From Candidatus Poseidoniaceae archaeon (GTDB lineage Archaea; Thermoplasmatota; Poseidoniia; Poseidoniales; Poseidoniaceae), in assembly GCA_965662895.1 (NCBI GenBank), contig CBFIJH010000003.1:69693-133692 (forward strand): a DNA stretch of 64,000 nt. Reading direction: 5' to 3'. The position numbers and the translations under genes were made by a program. This document shows, piece by piece, positions 9,192 to 18,477 of the stretch (within the stretch, counting starts at the first letter, position 1; each line of letters begins with the position of its first letter). The notes beneath the pieces were generated by a model that worked only from the letters and a program-made list of their open reading frames with translations, was not told where the DNA came from and ran no database searches.

Positions 9192-9911
9192 TTTTCCTTT
9201 CCCAAGTTCTTCCTCGACCGGAGTTGGAAACAACTTTCGAACCAAAAGTTTCCTTAAAATGGATGAACCATCGCGTAGGGAACCCAACTTCGCTTCACCC
9301 ACTCGTGCACTGTATGAGACTGGAATATTGGTCAATGGTATCTTCGATATTGCACATTGAGCATACATCTCGGCTTCAATTTCAAAATCCATGCTGTTCA
9401 AATTCATCTGCAACAACGCATCACGATCGAACAGCCAGTAACCACTACAGACATCATGAATCTCTGTGCTGTGAAGAACGACTGCCGACCAAGTAAGAAG
9501 ATGATTTCCAATCCAATTAACAGGCGACATTGCATCAACATTCAGAGAATGACTCAATCGATTTCCAACGATGACACATCCTGCTTTCAGTTGCTTAAGC
9601 ATCGGAAGCATATCCATTGGGTCATAAGTAAGGTCAGCATCAAACATGACCAAGGCATCAAATCCATTCTTGATGGCGAAATCAAATCCAACTCGAACGG
9701 CTTCCCCTTTTCCTTCGCTTGGCTGAACAAGGACTGTACAACCTGCATCGATTCCAATCCTTTGCGATTCATCAATGCTGTTTCCATCAACGATGACGAC
9801 GTCTGCATGCCAGCCTTGTTCGAGAAGAGGTTCGTATGGAATCGTCCTCAGAACAACATCCAGTCCCTCTGCTTCATTGAGCACGGGAAGGAGAATCATC
9901 AGTCGTTTCAC
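9168..9911 (-). CDS. Glycosyltransferase family 2 (dolichol-phosphate sugar synthase-like)
   Basis: LPVLNE, VDGNS.D, GKG, DADLTY, DVCSGY, R.GEAKL. GTG start at 9911 preferred over the track start at 9959. Confidence 0.9.
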   Translation of the reverse strand: MKRLMILLPVLNEAEGLDVVLRTIPYEPLLEQGWHADVVIVDGNSIDESQRIGIDAGCTVLVQPSEGKGEAVRVGFDFAIKNGFDALVMFDADLTYDPMDMLPMLKQLKAGCVIVGNRLSHSLNVDAMSPVNWIGNHLLTWSAVVLHSTEIHDVCSGYWLFDRDALLQMNLNSMDFEIEAEMYAQCAISKIPLTNIPVSYSARVGEAKLGSLRDGSSILRKLLVRKLFPTPVEEELGKGKLSFETNE

Positions 9912-9936
9912 GAATGTCGCTTGAACTGGTCGTTTT

Positions 9937-12273
9937 TCATGGCTTCGCACCAATTGCACTTTTCAATTCGATATGATGGATTCTGAGACCCGTCGAATCT
10001 AGAATCTGTGCATTTCTTCCTGAGAATCCCAATGGATTGATCCATGTGGTTCCACTTTCAATCAATTCGACACCAATGTCCATGGTGGAATTGAGTTCGA
10101 CGTTCATGCAATCATGATGCCATCCCGGGTATTCTTCCACGTTCATCGATTGTCCATTGATGTTGAATTCGTACGAATTAAAATCACCAATTTGTTCGTA
10201 AAGAATGCACACGTTTTGCATACCTTGTACAGACGTCTGATTCACAACATTCTCCCAAAAATAGGTGCCTTTTTGATCAAGAACAATTCGTTCGTCTCCA
10301 CGGTTGAGAGGGTCATGAAACCGATGGTTACGCCACGGGTCTTGTTCCAGTGCGCATCCTTTCAACTGTTCACAAATCGAAGTATTGAGCACTGTCGTGA
10401 TGATGACACGGGAAGGCGATGGTTCATCCCACAACTTCCAGAACCTTGCCCCATGAAACGATTGTTCAACGCTCCAGTACGGTGAAGGTCCGAGTGTGAG
10501 CGCAAGGGTCCCTATTGGGCTGGAAACTGCGTGGCCTATCTTCAGTGAACGTAATGTTTGGACGTCATCCACTCGGATGGCAGTGGTTGCTGCTGATTGT
10601 ACAGTTTCATCAAGTGTAAGTAAGCCCAACGATGGAACGCTTGTGGTCTTCAATGATGGGTCAAATCCGTAACTGTGTCCCCAATGGACGTTTTCTGAGT
10701 ACACAAATCCATCCGGAGGATAAGCTGAGAGATACTCCCTAAGTTCGGCATCACCATAAGCGGTTGCATGGAGTTCATCATGTGTCGATAGGTTCACGAG
10801 CAAACCAACGCTCAAAACAGATCCGAGCATGAGACCTACGAGAACGATCGAACTGAACAACGGTCGAATGTATGGGTCCATCTCCAAGCCAAACCATGAG
10901 CTCGTGTCACCAATGGTCGTAAGGGACGTCGATCGGCTTGCCATAAGCCCGACAACCACTGCGAGAGGTATGTGATAAGCATGCAATGCCATGGAATAAA
11001 GGGTGTACGATAAGAGGCTGAGAACCTGAATGTTTGCTAACCCTTCAATGAGGTGGACGAATGAGAGCATCCAAATTGCAAGAAACCAGATTGAAAGCAA
11101 GCGAATCTCGAAACTTTTTCGACCAAGGAATACCGAAACGCCGGCGAAGAGCATCAGTGGACCGTTGAACATCAGCATAGGTTTTCCACCTTGCCAACCA
11201 TATTCTGCGAAAACGGGTTCATTCAGCATCCGTGGTGCAAAGAAAATGAGTGCAATGACGAACATCGAAGTCACAATGATGATCGATGTCAGGAAAATTG
11301 GTTTTCGTTGAACCTTTTCATCTTCCGACAGACGGTTTTGAACGACCAAACTTGCAAACAGCAAGGCTGCAAGATAGATAGCTCCCGTTGGATGGATAAG
11401 CACAGTACAAAACGCAAGGAAGATGAACACGAGAATGTGATACTGCATTGATTGTTGAAGAGGTCGAAGCACGATAAGCAAACCAACAATCAAGCCCAAT
11501 TGGCTCGTTACAGTTGGGTATCCTGAATCAAACACTTTTGCAAACAAAGCAAACGAAGCACCCATGGCAAGAACACTTGATGCTCCTGCTCCTAGACGAT
11601 CCATACTTCCCCAAATTCCGAGCAACAATGCGAACAGAGAAAGATGACCAAGAAGAAGAATTGCTTGTTCAATTTCGGCGGAAGTAATGTGCTCCACCCA
11701 TGCTAAAACTGTCGGAAATGCGGGTGGATAGGTCCAAAGGCCAGAATTCGGTGGTTGAACTTCAAATGTTCCAGTGTGCCCAACATTGGTTGCAAGGGTG
11801 CTGAACCCAATCCAATCAACACCAAAGGGTCGCTCAAAGATAAAAATCGGGACAAGTGTTAGCAAACAAAAACAACCAGCAAGAATTTGTAAGACTGGAT
11901 TGCGATTGTTTTGAAACCATTGTTGTGCAGCAACTTCTTGCTCAATTTCAGGCTCAGTTTCGCTCAAGACAACGCCATGAATCGCAGCCTCCATTTTCTG
12001 CCATTGGGTGTACGTTGTCCGTTCTGAATGGACCTTGCGGGACAAAAATCCTATGGAGGCGAGATTCAGTAGAAGGATGGTTATGGTAAGATTTGAAGGA
12101 CTCCATAACTGTACAACGTAGAGGAATCCCGAGGTGCCGAACAGTGCAAGTAAACCAAGCGGGAAGCATAACAATGCTCTACGGAAGAGATCTGCAGAAG
12201 CATCGAGAATTCGCGTCAATGCTAGACCTGGTGCGAGTGTGGGGAGAAGAATTACCAACGCCACGTCCCACAT
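9937..12273 (-). CDS. Large polytopic membrane protein, possibly a GT-C-fold glycosyltransferase
   Basis: More than 12 hydrophobic segments, PFGVDW...YPPAF loop, IHP motif, soluble C-terminal domain; directly upstream of the GT2 gene. Confidence 0.6.
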   Translation of the reverse strand: MWDVALVILLPTLAPGLALTRILDASADLFRRALLCFPLGLLALFGTSGFLYVVQLWSPSNLTITILLLNLASIGFLSRKVHSERTTYTQWQKMEAAIHGVVLSETEPEIEQEVAAQQWFQNNRNPVLQILAGCFCLLTLVPIFIFERPFGVDWIGFSTLATNVGHTGTFEVQPPNSGLWTYPPAFPTVLAWVEHITSAEIEQAILLLGHLSLFALLLGIWGSMDRLGAGASSVLAMGASFALFAKVFDSGYPTVTSQLGLIVGLLIVLRPLQQSMQYHILVFIFLAFCTVLIHPTGAIYLAALLFASLVVQNRLSEDEKVQRKPIFLTSIIIVTSMFVIALIFFAPRMLNEPVFAEYGWQGGKPMLMFNGPLMLFAGVSVFLGRKSFEIRLLSIWFLAIWMLSFVHLIEGLANIQVLSLLSYTLYSMALHAYHIPLAVVVGLMASRSTSLTTIGDTSSWFGLEMDPYIRPLFSSIVLVGLMLGSVLSVGLLVNLSTHDELHATAYGDAELREYLSAYPPDGFVYSENVHWGHSYGFDPSLKTTSVPSLGLLTLDETVQSAATTAIRVDDVQTLRSLKIGHAVSSPIGTLALTLGPSPYWSVEQSFHGARFWKLWDEPSPSRVIITTVLNTSICEQLKGCALEQDPWRNHRFHDPLNRGDERIVLDQKGTYFWENVVNQTSVQGMQNVCILYEQIGDFNSYEFNINGQSMNVEEYPGWHHDCMNVELNSTMDIGVELIESGTTWINPLGFSGRNAQILDSTGLRIHHIELKSAIGAKP

Positions 12274-12282
12274 GATTCGATG

Positions 12283-12318
12283 CTTGATGATGCATCACAT
12301 CAAGTTCATGCATGAACT
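12283..12318. promoter_or_regulatory. Two adjacent palindromes in a divergent intergenic region (possible operator)
   Basis: TGATGCATCA (12288-12297) inside CTTGATG...CATCAAG, and perfect 16-bp AGTTCATGCATGAACT (12303-12318). Confidence 0.35.
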
Positions 12319-12345
12319 CATAGGGGTGAATCCCTTCTTAGGGCT

Positions 12346-12960
12346 ATGTGGGGTTCACCAGATTTGGCAGGAACCGGCGAAAATCAATTTCATCCGATTG
12401 TTCAACTTCCTGATGAGTACTGGGTGCTCAACCTCCAAAGGCCACAAGGCGATTGGGACCAACAGTTTGAGGTGACGATTGGACGTTACGATGAGGACAG
12501 AAAAGGCATGTACACACAAGCATTGTTTGGAGGCGAACGCACGCTTCATGTTGGTCTTGATATCGGCGCTCCCGCATCGACTCCGGTTTTTGCTTTCGAG
12601 GATGGAACAATTCACAGTTTTGCCGACAACGATGCGGATGGTTCCTATGGTCCATCGATAATTACAGAACACCGTATTTCAATCGATGGGGTTGAACAAC
12701 AGTTGTGGGTTCTGCTGGGTCATCTATCGCGTTCTTCGTTGCACGACCTTGAAATCGGAACAGCATTTCGAAAAGGTGACCAACTCGCAATCATGGGTCA
12801 TGAGCATGAGAATGGTGGTTGGCCTCCACACGTCCATATCCAACTCTCATTGTTTGAACCAACCAAACCTGATCTTGAAGGGGTCGTTCGTCCAGAAGAT
12901 CGAGAACAAGCTTTGCTTCGATATCCTGATCCAAGAAACATCCTAGGTCGACTGTATTGA
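12346..12960 (+). CDS. M23-family metallopeptidase
   Basis: HVGLD (HxxxD), YGPSII.EH, LGHLS, ENGGWPPHVH (HxH). Confidence 0.88.
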   Translation: MWGSPDLAGTGENQFHPIVQLPDEYWVLNLQRPQGDWDQQFEVTIGRYDEDRKGMYTQALFGGERTLHVGLDIGAPASTPVFAFEDGTIHSFADNDADGSYGPSIITEHRISIDGVEQQLWVLLGHLSRSSLHDLEIGTAFRKGDQLAIMGHEHENGGWPPHVHIQLSLFEPTKPDLEGVVRPEDREQALLRYPDPRNILGRLY

Positions 12961-14049
12961 AGCCTTATCGTCGAGGAATGCTTTGAGCGATCGAATTGGT
13001 CGTATTGCTGCAGGGTCTTTTCCGTGCAAGAATCCGAGTGCAATGGTTAACCAATCCATGACGATACAATGGTGCAAAAGGGCCTCCAAGAGAGACGACC
13101 CTTCCCCATGAATTTTCCAAGCATAATCGGTTGGTGTATGCTCAATCATCCAATCGATGCGACTGCGGACGCGTTGATGTAGTCCATCCCATGTTAAGAA
13201 CAACGTTGCTTGATTGCTTCGAGCGGGGTCGGCATCTTCGGACACTCCGCCCCATGCGACGAGTTCATTGTGATTCATTTCAGGAATGACGCCGATCCGC
13301 GCAAATCTACCAGCATTCTCATTTAATTGATTCTTAAACCGAATCAAAACAGGATGCAGTTCTGTCGGTCCGAGCAATGAAATCGGATGCTCTCTCATGG
13401 CCATTGCAAGGTCGAGGAGAGGAGCTCCTGATGGTTTTCGAAAATCGTTGCTCTGACAGGCGTATTCCAGTCGGACAAACATTGCCTCGCGCTCCTCAGG
13501 AGATTGTTGGGGAAGGAATCCAAGATACTCAATCACTGCGAGTTGACGTGAAAAGAGGTGCCCGAAAGCGGTACGAGGTGGTTGCCCACCAATGGAGGAA
13601 ATCAGATGGCAATCGTCGTACAATTCACACAGGCCTGCAAGCATCCCTCCGGTCGTGATAACCACTGCTGTCGCTCCTTGTTTCAATGCAGATTCAGTCG
13701 CTGCAAAGGTTTCCTCGGTGTTGCCACTGTGTGAGGTTGAGAGAACCAACCACTCTTCAGTCCACCACGACGGCAACCCATATTCTCTGTGAACAACAAA
13801 CGGTATCGACCCATTTGCATCAGAGAGTCGGGCGAGAAAATCTCCTCCTGCAGCCGATCCGCCCATTCCTAAGCAGAGAATACCGCTCCATTTTTTCTGT
13901 TTCAGGTTCACCAGCCAGGGAAGGTGTTGTTCGTTCACAACTGTGAATCCTTTTTCGAGATCGCTCACAAAGGATTCTGTGCAACCAATCATATTCTCTG
14001 AATCCAATTTCTTGATCAAATCATCGATACTGGAGGCATCGTCGTCCAT
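12943..14049 (-). CDS. Bifunctional phosphoglucose/phosphomannose isomerase (SIS domain)
   Basis: GMGGSA, SHSGNTEET, TTGG.L, QPPR, KNQLNENA, PEMNHNE. ATG at 14049 avoids overlap with NMD3. Confidence 0.88.
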   Translation of the reverse strand: MDDDASSIDDLIKKLDSENMIGCTESFVSDLEKGFTVVNEQHLPWLVNLKQKKWSGILCLGMGGSAAGGDFLARLSDANGSIPFVVHREYGLPSWWTEEWLVLSTSHSGNTEETFAATESALKQGATAVVITTGGMLAGLCELYDDCHLISSIGGQPPRTAFGHLFSRQLAVIEYLGFLPQQSPEEREAMFVRLEYACQSNDFRKPSGAPLLDLAMAMREHPISLLGPTELHPVLIRFKNQLNENAGRFARIGVIPEMNHNELVAWGGVSEDADPARSNQATLFLTWDGLHQRVRSRIDWMIEHTPTDYAWKIHGEGSSLLEALLHHCIVMDWLTIALGFLHGKDPAAIRPIRSLKAFLDDKASIQST

Positions 14050-14092
14050 GGTTCTGAGAAAGGCCTGACCTTCATATGGGCTCCTATGCGAA

Positions 14093-15160
14093 TCAGTCGT
14101 CAAGGCCCATCTCATGCAACGCAATGAACTCCCCATCGATTCGAGCTAGTCGAAGTTGGGGGGCACCATCGTAATCCCATGGTAGTCGAACAGAGGTCAT
14201 GTTCCAGGTGTTTGGGTCGAGAAATTCTGCCGCTGAGTCGTCCCGATTTAGGATATCAACAATCAGATGGTCTTTCATTTGTGCGAGAACATTTGCTCCC
14301 TCGAGGTCTCTCCATGATGCACCGGTTCGTTCTTGCCGAGAAATGCGTTCCATGATGGCTCCATCCTTGCTCCAAGAACTAGGTCGCCAAAGATCACCTC
14401 TCCATCGAACAACATCGCCAAGATCGTAGCCTGGTTTTCGATAGAGTAGTGTGAGTCGTGTAACATCAACACCGTCTTTTCGTCCGACCGTTGAATTGGT
14501 TTCGGTGACTTGACCGCCCCACGTTTCCGTCAAGTGTCGCCCCCATGCACGGGCTAAGCCTTTCGAGCCCATGACAACGTCGTAACCTCCTGTTACCGGT
14601 CCTTCATTGGTGATGAAGAACATTGGATCATCACTCAGATTTTCGATAACATCATCAAGGCTCGCTCGTAGATTGTTCAATTCATCATCAGCGAGTTTGC
14701 GGCCTGTTGAACGAAGTTGAACGGTTGCTTCGAAGTAATTCCCAGCTCGTCGTGTGCAGGTGAGACAAACACCATTTGACCGGCGCGCACGCATCGTCTG
14801 TTCTTGCGTGTACAGTAAATCGTCAATGACCCCTTCAATTTGCATGTGGAGCAACGTGTGTCGGTCAGAAACGACCTGCGGCTCGAAACCGAGGCCGATC
14901 TCTTCTGCACGTGCATGAAATTCGACGTTGCGTTGAATCAATTCATCCCACAATGTGTCGTCTGGAATGTTGACCCACCGTCCTTGAATATCGATGAGGC
15001 CGCAGCGTGCACACTGCGTGAAGTTGGTGTTTTCAGGTACGATGGCAAGTTTGGTCCGCTTCCGAGTGCACGCTTCGCACATTCGGTCGGTAAAGAGTGG
15101 TGGTCCACTTCCGCAAACGAGACAAAAGTCGCCCCCCAGTCCTTGATTCATTGGACTCAC
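14093..15160 (-). CDS. nmd3: NMD3-family ribosome biogenesis protein
   Basis: Four CxxC pairs (CLVC, CEAC, CARC, CLTC), YFEATVQLR, GG.D, VGRKDG. Confidence 0.88.
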   Translation of the reverse strand: MSPMNQGLGGDFCLVCGSGPPLFTDRMCEACTRKRTKLAIVPENTNFTQCARCGLIDIQGRWVNIPDDTLWDELIQRNVEFHARAEEIGLGFEPQVVSDRHTLLHMQIEGVIDDLLYTQEQTMRARRSNGVCLTCTRRAGNYFEATVQLRSTGRKLADDELNNLRASLDDVIENLSDDPMFFITNEGPVTGGYDVVMGSKGLARAWGRHLTETWGGQVTETNSTVGRKDGVDVTRLTLLYRKPGYDLGDVVRWRGDLWRPSSWSKDGAIMERISRQERTGASWRDLEGANVLAQMKDHLIVDILNRDDSAAEFLDPNTWNMTSVRLPWDYDGAPQLRLARIDGEFIALHEMGLDD

Positions 15161-15315
15161 TCCTTTTCGTTTCGACGTATCAACATGTATTGTTCAACGG
15201 CTTCAATCCGGTTCTCAAGATCGTTGCTCCTCGAGAAAACCGTCCATGTCCATAGGCCAATCGCAATGAGCATGCCGAGGTAAGCTACGGCAAGATACGT
15301 CATACCTTCCGCCAT
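15157..15315 (-). CDS. Small single-TM protein, CcmD-like (52 aa)
   Basis: Below ORF-track cutoff. MAEGMTYLAVAYLGMLIAIGLWTWTVFSRSNDLENRIEAVEQYMLIRRNEKE; ATG 2 nt after the ccmC stop, stop overlaps the nmd3 GTG start (GTGA). Confidence 0.7.
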   Translation of the reverse strand: MAEGMTYLAVAYLGMLIAIGLWTWTVFSRSNDLENRIEAVEQYMLIRRNEKE

Positions 15316-15317
15316 GA

Positions 15318-16016
15318 TTACACCTCATCCATCGCTTCTTGAATCCTTTCCAATTTTTGTTCAAACGACGTAATTCTCATGCTCATCAAGATGTGGCCTA
15401 CAATGAAGGTCGTAAATGACACTGCTCCAAACAGCAGAATCAGGGCCATTTCACTGTTCAAACTTCCACTTTCTCCCCCTCCAATCACCGGGCCTGGATG
15501 TCGGATTTGCCATAGACGAGTTGCGACGTATGTCACAGGAACGAGAACAAAACCAAACAATCCAAAAGTTGCGAACGTGTCTCTTGTTTCAACACCATCA
15601 GGTTGAGATTGCCGTCCGAGGACAAGGAACAACGCCAAAAATGTCAGCAATCCGAAGGTGTTCAATCGCACATCGGTCCAATCCCATGGAACTCCCCATT
15701 CTGCTGCGCCCCAAACCATTCCACTCCATACGGTCATTAGTCCGGTTGCTAATCCTGCCTCAGCCCCTGCAACGTGCATTCTCCAGCCGAGATTGGAACG
15801 TTTGAAAAACCAAAGTGCGGATCCAACAAAAAGAAATCCAAATGCAATGAATGCTGACCATGCTGCAGGGACATGCCAATAAAAAATGCGTTGCGCATCT
15901 GGAGATTCGAAAGCGTTGATGGATACGCTCGGTGCTTTCAGAAATGCTAGGCCAAGCGTGACCCCGATTCCTACGAATCCGAGCAAAAGAATCACCTCTG
16001 CGAGTCGCTTGGTCAT
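15318..16016 (-). CDS. ccmC: Heme exporter / cytochrome c biogenesis protein CcmC
   Basis: RIFYWHVPAAW, WWD motif WGAAEWGVPWDWTDVRL, second His in IRHP. Confidence 0.88.
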   Translation of the reverse strand: MTKRLAEVILLLGFVGIGVTLGLAFLKAPSVSINAFESPDAQRIFYWHVPAAWSAFIAFGFLFVGSALWFFKRSNLGWRMHVAGAEAGLATGLMTVWSGMVWGAAEWGVPWDWTDVRLNTFGLLTFLALFLVLGRQSQPDGVETRDTFATFGLFGFVLVPVTYVATRLWQIRHPGPVIGGGESGSLNSEMALILLFGAVSFTTFIVGHILMSMRITSFEQKLERIQEAMDEV

Positions 16017-16054
16017 AACGCATCCACTGAATCACTTGTTTTGAAGAATTGCAT

Positions 16055-17287
16055 TTACAACAAGTTTGAATCTGTAATCCATTGGACCAGTAATGCAAAT
16101 GGTAGAATTAAAATTGGAGTAAGAATTCTTGTAAATGCAGCTCTCGGGCGTGCCAATCGAGACGTTGCCAGATCAACCCATCGAAGAATTCCCATGGTGA
16201 TTGCCGTTAACATGCCGCCAAGAACGGTCAAAACCCAGGATATCTCATCGTCAAATCCCAACTGCGTTAGTGCGGTCAAACCCGAGCCAAGAAGGAGTGC
16301 GTGTATGTACGAATGGGGAATACCTTGGCGATGAGATTTCCACCAGTCCAATGCGCGATGTTCGTGCAACATTGCAACCATGTTATCGCCGACGAGTCCT
16401 GCTGCAAATGCCGCACTCAGGTAGAGTCCAGATGTCTGGATGAGATTTGAATCAACTGCGGATGGTTCGACAAGAGCCAACAGAATGCCGAGCGTTAGGA
16501 ATCCTGCGATTCCATTGCTTGCAAGCGTTGCGAGCGTCCTTTGATTGAGAGCGAGTCCTGTGCGTAGCGCTGTGTTGTTTTTCGCGGTGGTTGTTTTGAA
16601 AATTCGCTCATCACGTTGTCCGAGATCGAACTCAGTGTTTTCAACCAATTCATCCGATGCAAAGATGTGCGTTGCACATTTCATGAACACAGCATGATGA
16701 CTCGCCAAGAGAATACAATTGCCACGTTCTCTGAGTTCTTCCAAATCTTCAACGAGTAAGAGACGCGAATCTTCATCCAAACCTGCTGCAGGCTCGTCCA
16801 GAAACAACAACCGAGGCTCGGTTCCAACAAAACCAGGTAAAATTCCTGCGAGCATTGCTACCTTTCTGCGCTGTCCTCCCGACAAATGAGCAATGAGGTC
16901 GTGTCTGCGATGAGCGAGATTGTAACGACGCAGCCAATCGTCAATTTCAATCCGTCCTCCAGCGAGATCAAGGGCATTCAAAATATGCTCTTCAACCCGT
17001 TGACTTCCAATGCATGAGTCCGATTGCAATGTAAGCCCAAAGGCTCTTTTGGCACGTTTTGTTCGACCACTCGAATCAATGATTGGTTCACCGTAATGAC
17101 GTATTTCACCGGTTTCGAGTGGGAGAATGCCTGCTGATGCCTCAAGAATTGTTGATTTTCCAGCTCCGTTCTTTTCGTTCAAAAGAATGAGCTGACCTGT
17201 TGTGCATATCATGTTGAGATTCTTCAACACAGTTGAGGAACCTCGACGCACGGAGACGTCCTTGAGTGACAAGAGCACCTCGCCCAT
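16055..17287 (-). CDS. ABC ATPase (CcmA-like) fused to a C-terminal multi-TM domain (CcmB-like)
   Basis: NGAGKST, LSGGQRRK, LFLDEP, ASHH, then about 5-6 hydrophobic helices; upstream of ccmC. Confidence 0.75.
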   Translation of the reverse strand: MGEVLLSLKDVSVRRGSSTVLKNLNMICTTGQLILLNEKNGAGKSTILEASAGILPLETGEIRHYGEPIIDSSGRTKRAKRAFGLTLQSDSCIGSQRVEEHILNALDLAGGRIEIDDWLRRYNLAHRRHDLIAHLSGGQRRKVAMLAGILPGFVGTEPRLLFLDEPAAGLDEDSRLLLVEDLEELRERGNCILLASHHAVFMKCATHIFASDELVENTEFDLGQRDERIFKTTTAKNNTALRTGLALNQRTLATLASNGIAGFLTLGILLALVEPSAVDSNLIQTSGLYLSAAFAAGLVGDNMVAMLHEHRALDWWKSHRQGIPHSYIHALLLGSGLTALTQLGFDDEISWVLTVLGGMLTAITMGILRWVDLATSRLARPRAAFTRILTPILILPFALLVQWITDSNLL

Positions 17288-17363
17288 ACCCAATCCACAA
17301 CCCTCCCATGAATGAATGCTGCGTCAGGACAAGACCCTTAGTTTGGTAAACGTTGGGAGGGCC

Positions 17364-18410
17364 ATGGGCCAACTGTATCTTTCGACATTTGGCTCCAGTG
17401 AGTGGGTTTTTCTCATTCTTTGGTTCGGTGCAGTCGCAGCCCCTATCGCTTACTCTTTTCGAAACAAGACCCCAATTGCATTAGGAATCTCAGTTGGGCT
17501 TTTGTTGGGTTACATTGTTCAGTACGCATTTGTTGTGTTTGTTTCATACGGTTTTGAATTCAAATTCGTATGGTTTGATTTCTGGTTAATCCCTTCTCGA
17601 TTGGATTCGCCAAGTCATCTTCATACAATTTTCACTGCTGGTTTCCTTCACAGTATGAACGACGTAACCCACGTATTGGGCAATGTTTTGGTCATTGCAC
17701 TGGTAGGAATTCCGCTTGAGCAACGATTGGGTACAAAGCGATTCACGTTCATCTATGTTGCAGGATTGCTCGGTGGTTCTGTAGCATGGGTGCTTTTCAA
17801 CGGTGGATCAAATACCCCGTCGTGGGGTGCTTCCGGGGCGGCATACGGTTTGCTGGGGGCGTATCTTGCAGGCTGGCCAAGGGATGAAATCCCATTCCCA
17901 TTGATTCTGATACGACCGTGGCCGGTAACGATAATCGCGTTGTTTTACTTCGGGTTTGAGTTGATTCGAGCATTCAACACTGTTGGGCTGGGAGGTTATT
18001 CCACAGTGGCACACATGGCTCACATCGGGGGTTTTGTTCTCGCCTATGCTCTCTTGCCGCTCGCTGCAAAAGGTGGACCTTATCCGCTTGGCGTGATTGA
18101 TGGTGGACCGAAAGGTTTCGGAAACGGAAGAGCCGGATTTGAACAAATGAAATCATCGATGGTTGATTTATCGTCGATGGAGGACCCGTGGACTGAACTC
18201 GGCCTTGAAGTACCGAAAAATTTGCGCGAGCCACTGCAGAAATTGAAGGAAGCTGGCGATGAAGCAGAAACACGTATTGCTTGGATGGAACACATTGCAG
18301 AAGCAGGGGATTGCCCCGTATGTCTTGCCCCCCTTGGAATGGTTGAACGACGGACAGGTCCTCAACTCCAATGCTCCAAAGAACCGAAACATTTGGCTTG
18401 GCCAAAATAG
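17364..18410 (+). CDS. Rhomboid intramembrane serine protease with C-terminal Zn-binding tail
   Basis: FTAGFLH, HVLGN, G..LE, GASG (catalytic Ser), AHMAHIGG (His); tail CPVC...CSKEPKH; GGAGG before ATG 17364. Confidence 0.9.
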   Translation: MGQLYLSTFGSSEWVFLILWFGAVAAPIAYSFRNKTPIALGISVGLLLGYIVQYAFVVFVSYGFEFKFVWFDFWLIPSRLDSPSHLHTIFTAGFLHSMNDVTHVLGNVLVIALVGIPLEQRLGTKRFTFIYVAGLLGGSVAWVLFNGGSNTPSWGASGAAYGLLGAYLAGWPRDEIPFPLILIRPWPVTIIALFYFGFELIRAFNTVGLGGYSTVAHMAHIGGFVLAYALLPLAAKGGPYPLGVIDGGPKGFGNGRAGFEQMKSSMVDLSSMEDPWTELGLEVPKNLREPLQKLKEAGDEAETRIAWMEHIAEAGDCPVCLAPLGMVERRTGPQLQCSKEPKHLAWPK

Positions 18411-18477
18411 GTTCAATTCGCTGAGTTCAACAAACACTCAAGCGATAGCATCAAAATATATCGATTTGTGGTCAGGA

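Noticed and set aside
14050-14136. N-terminal extension of PGI/PMI
   Set aside because: Overlaps the nmd3 3' end; no family-like sequence
18259-18477. N-terminal extension of the S8 ORF in the track
   Set aside because: Overlaps the rhomboid gene; the signal-like segment begins after ATG 18478/18487
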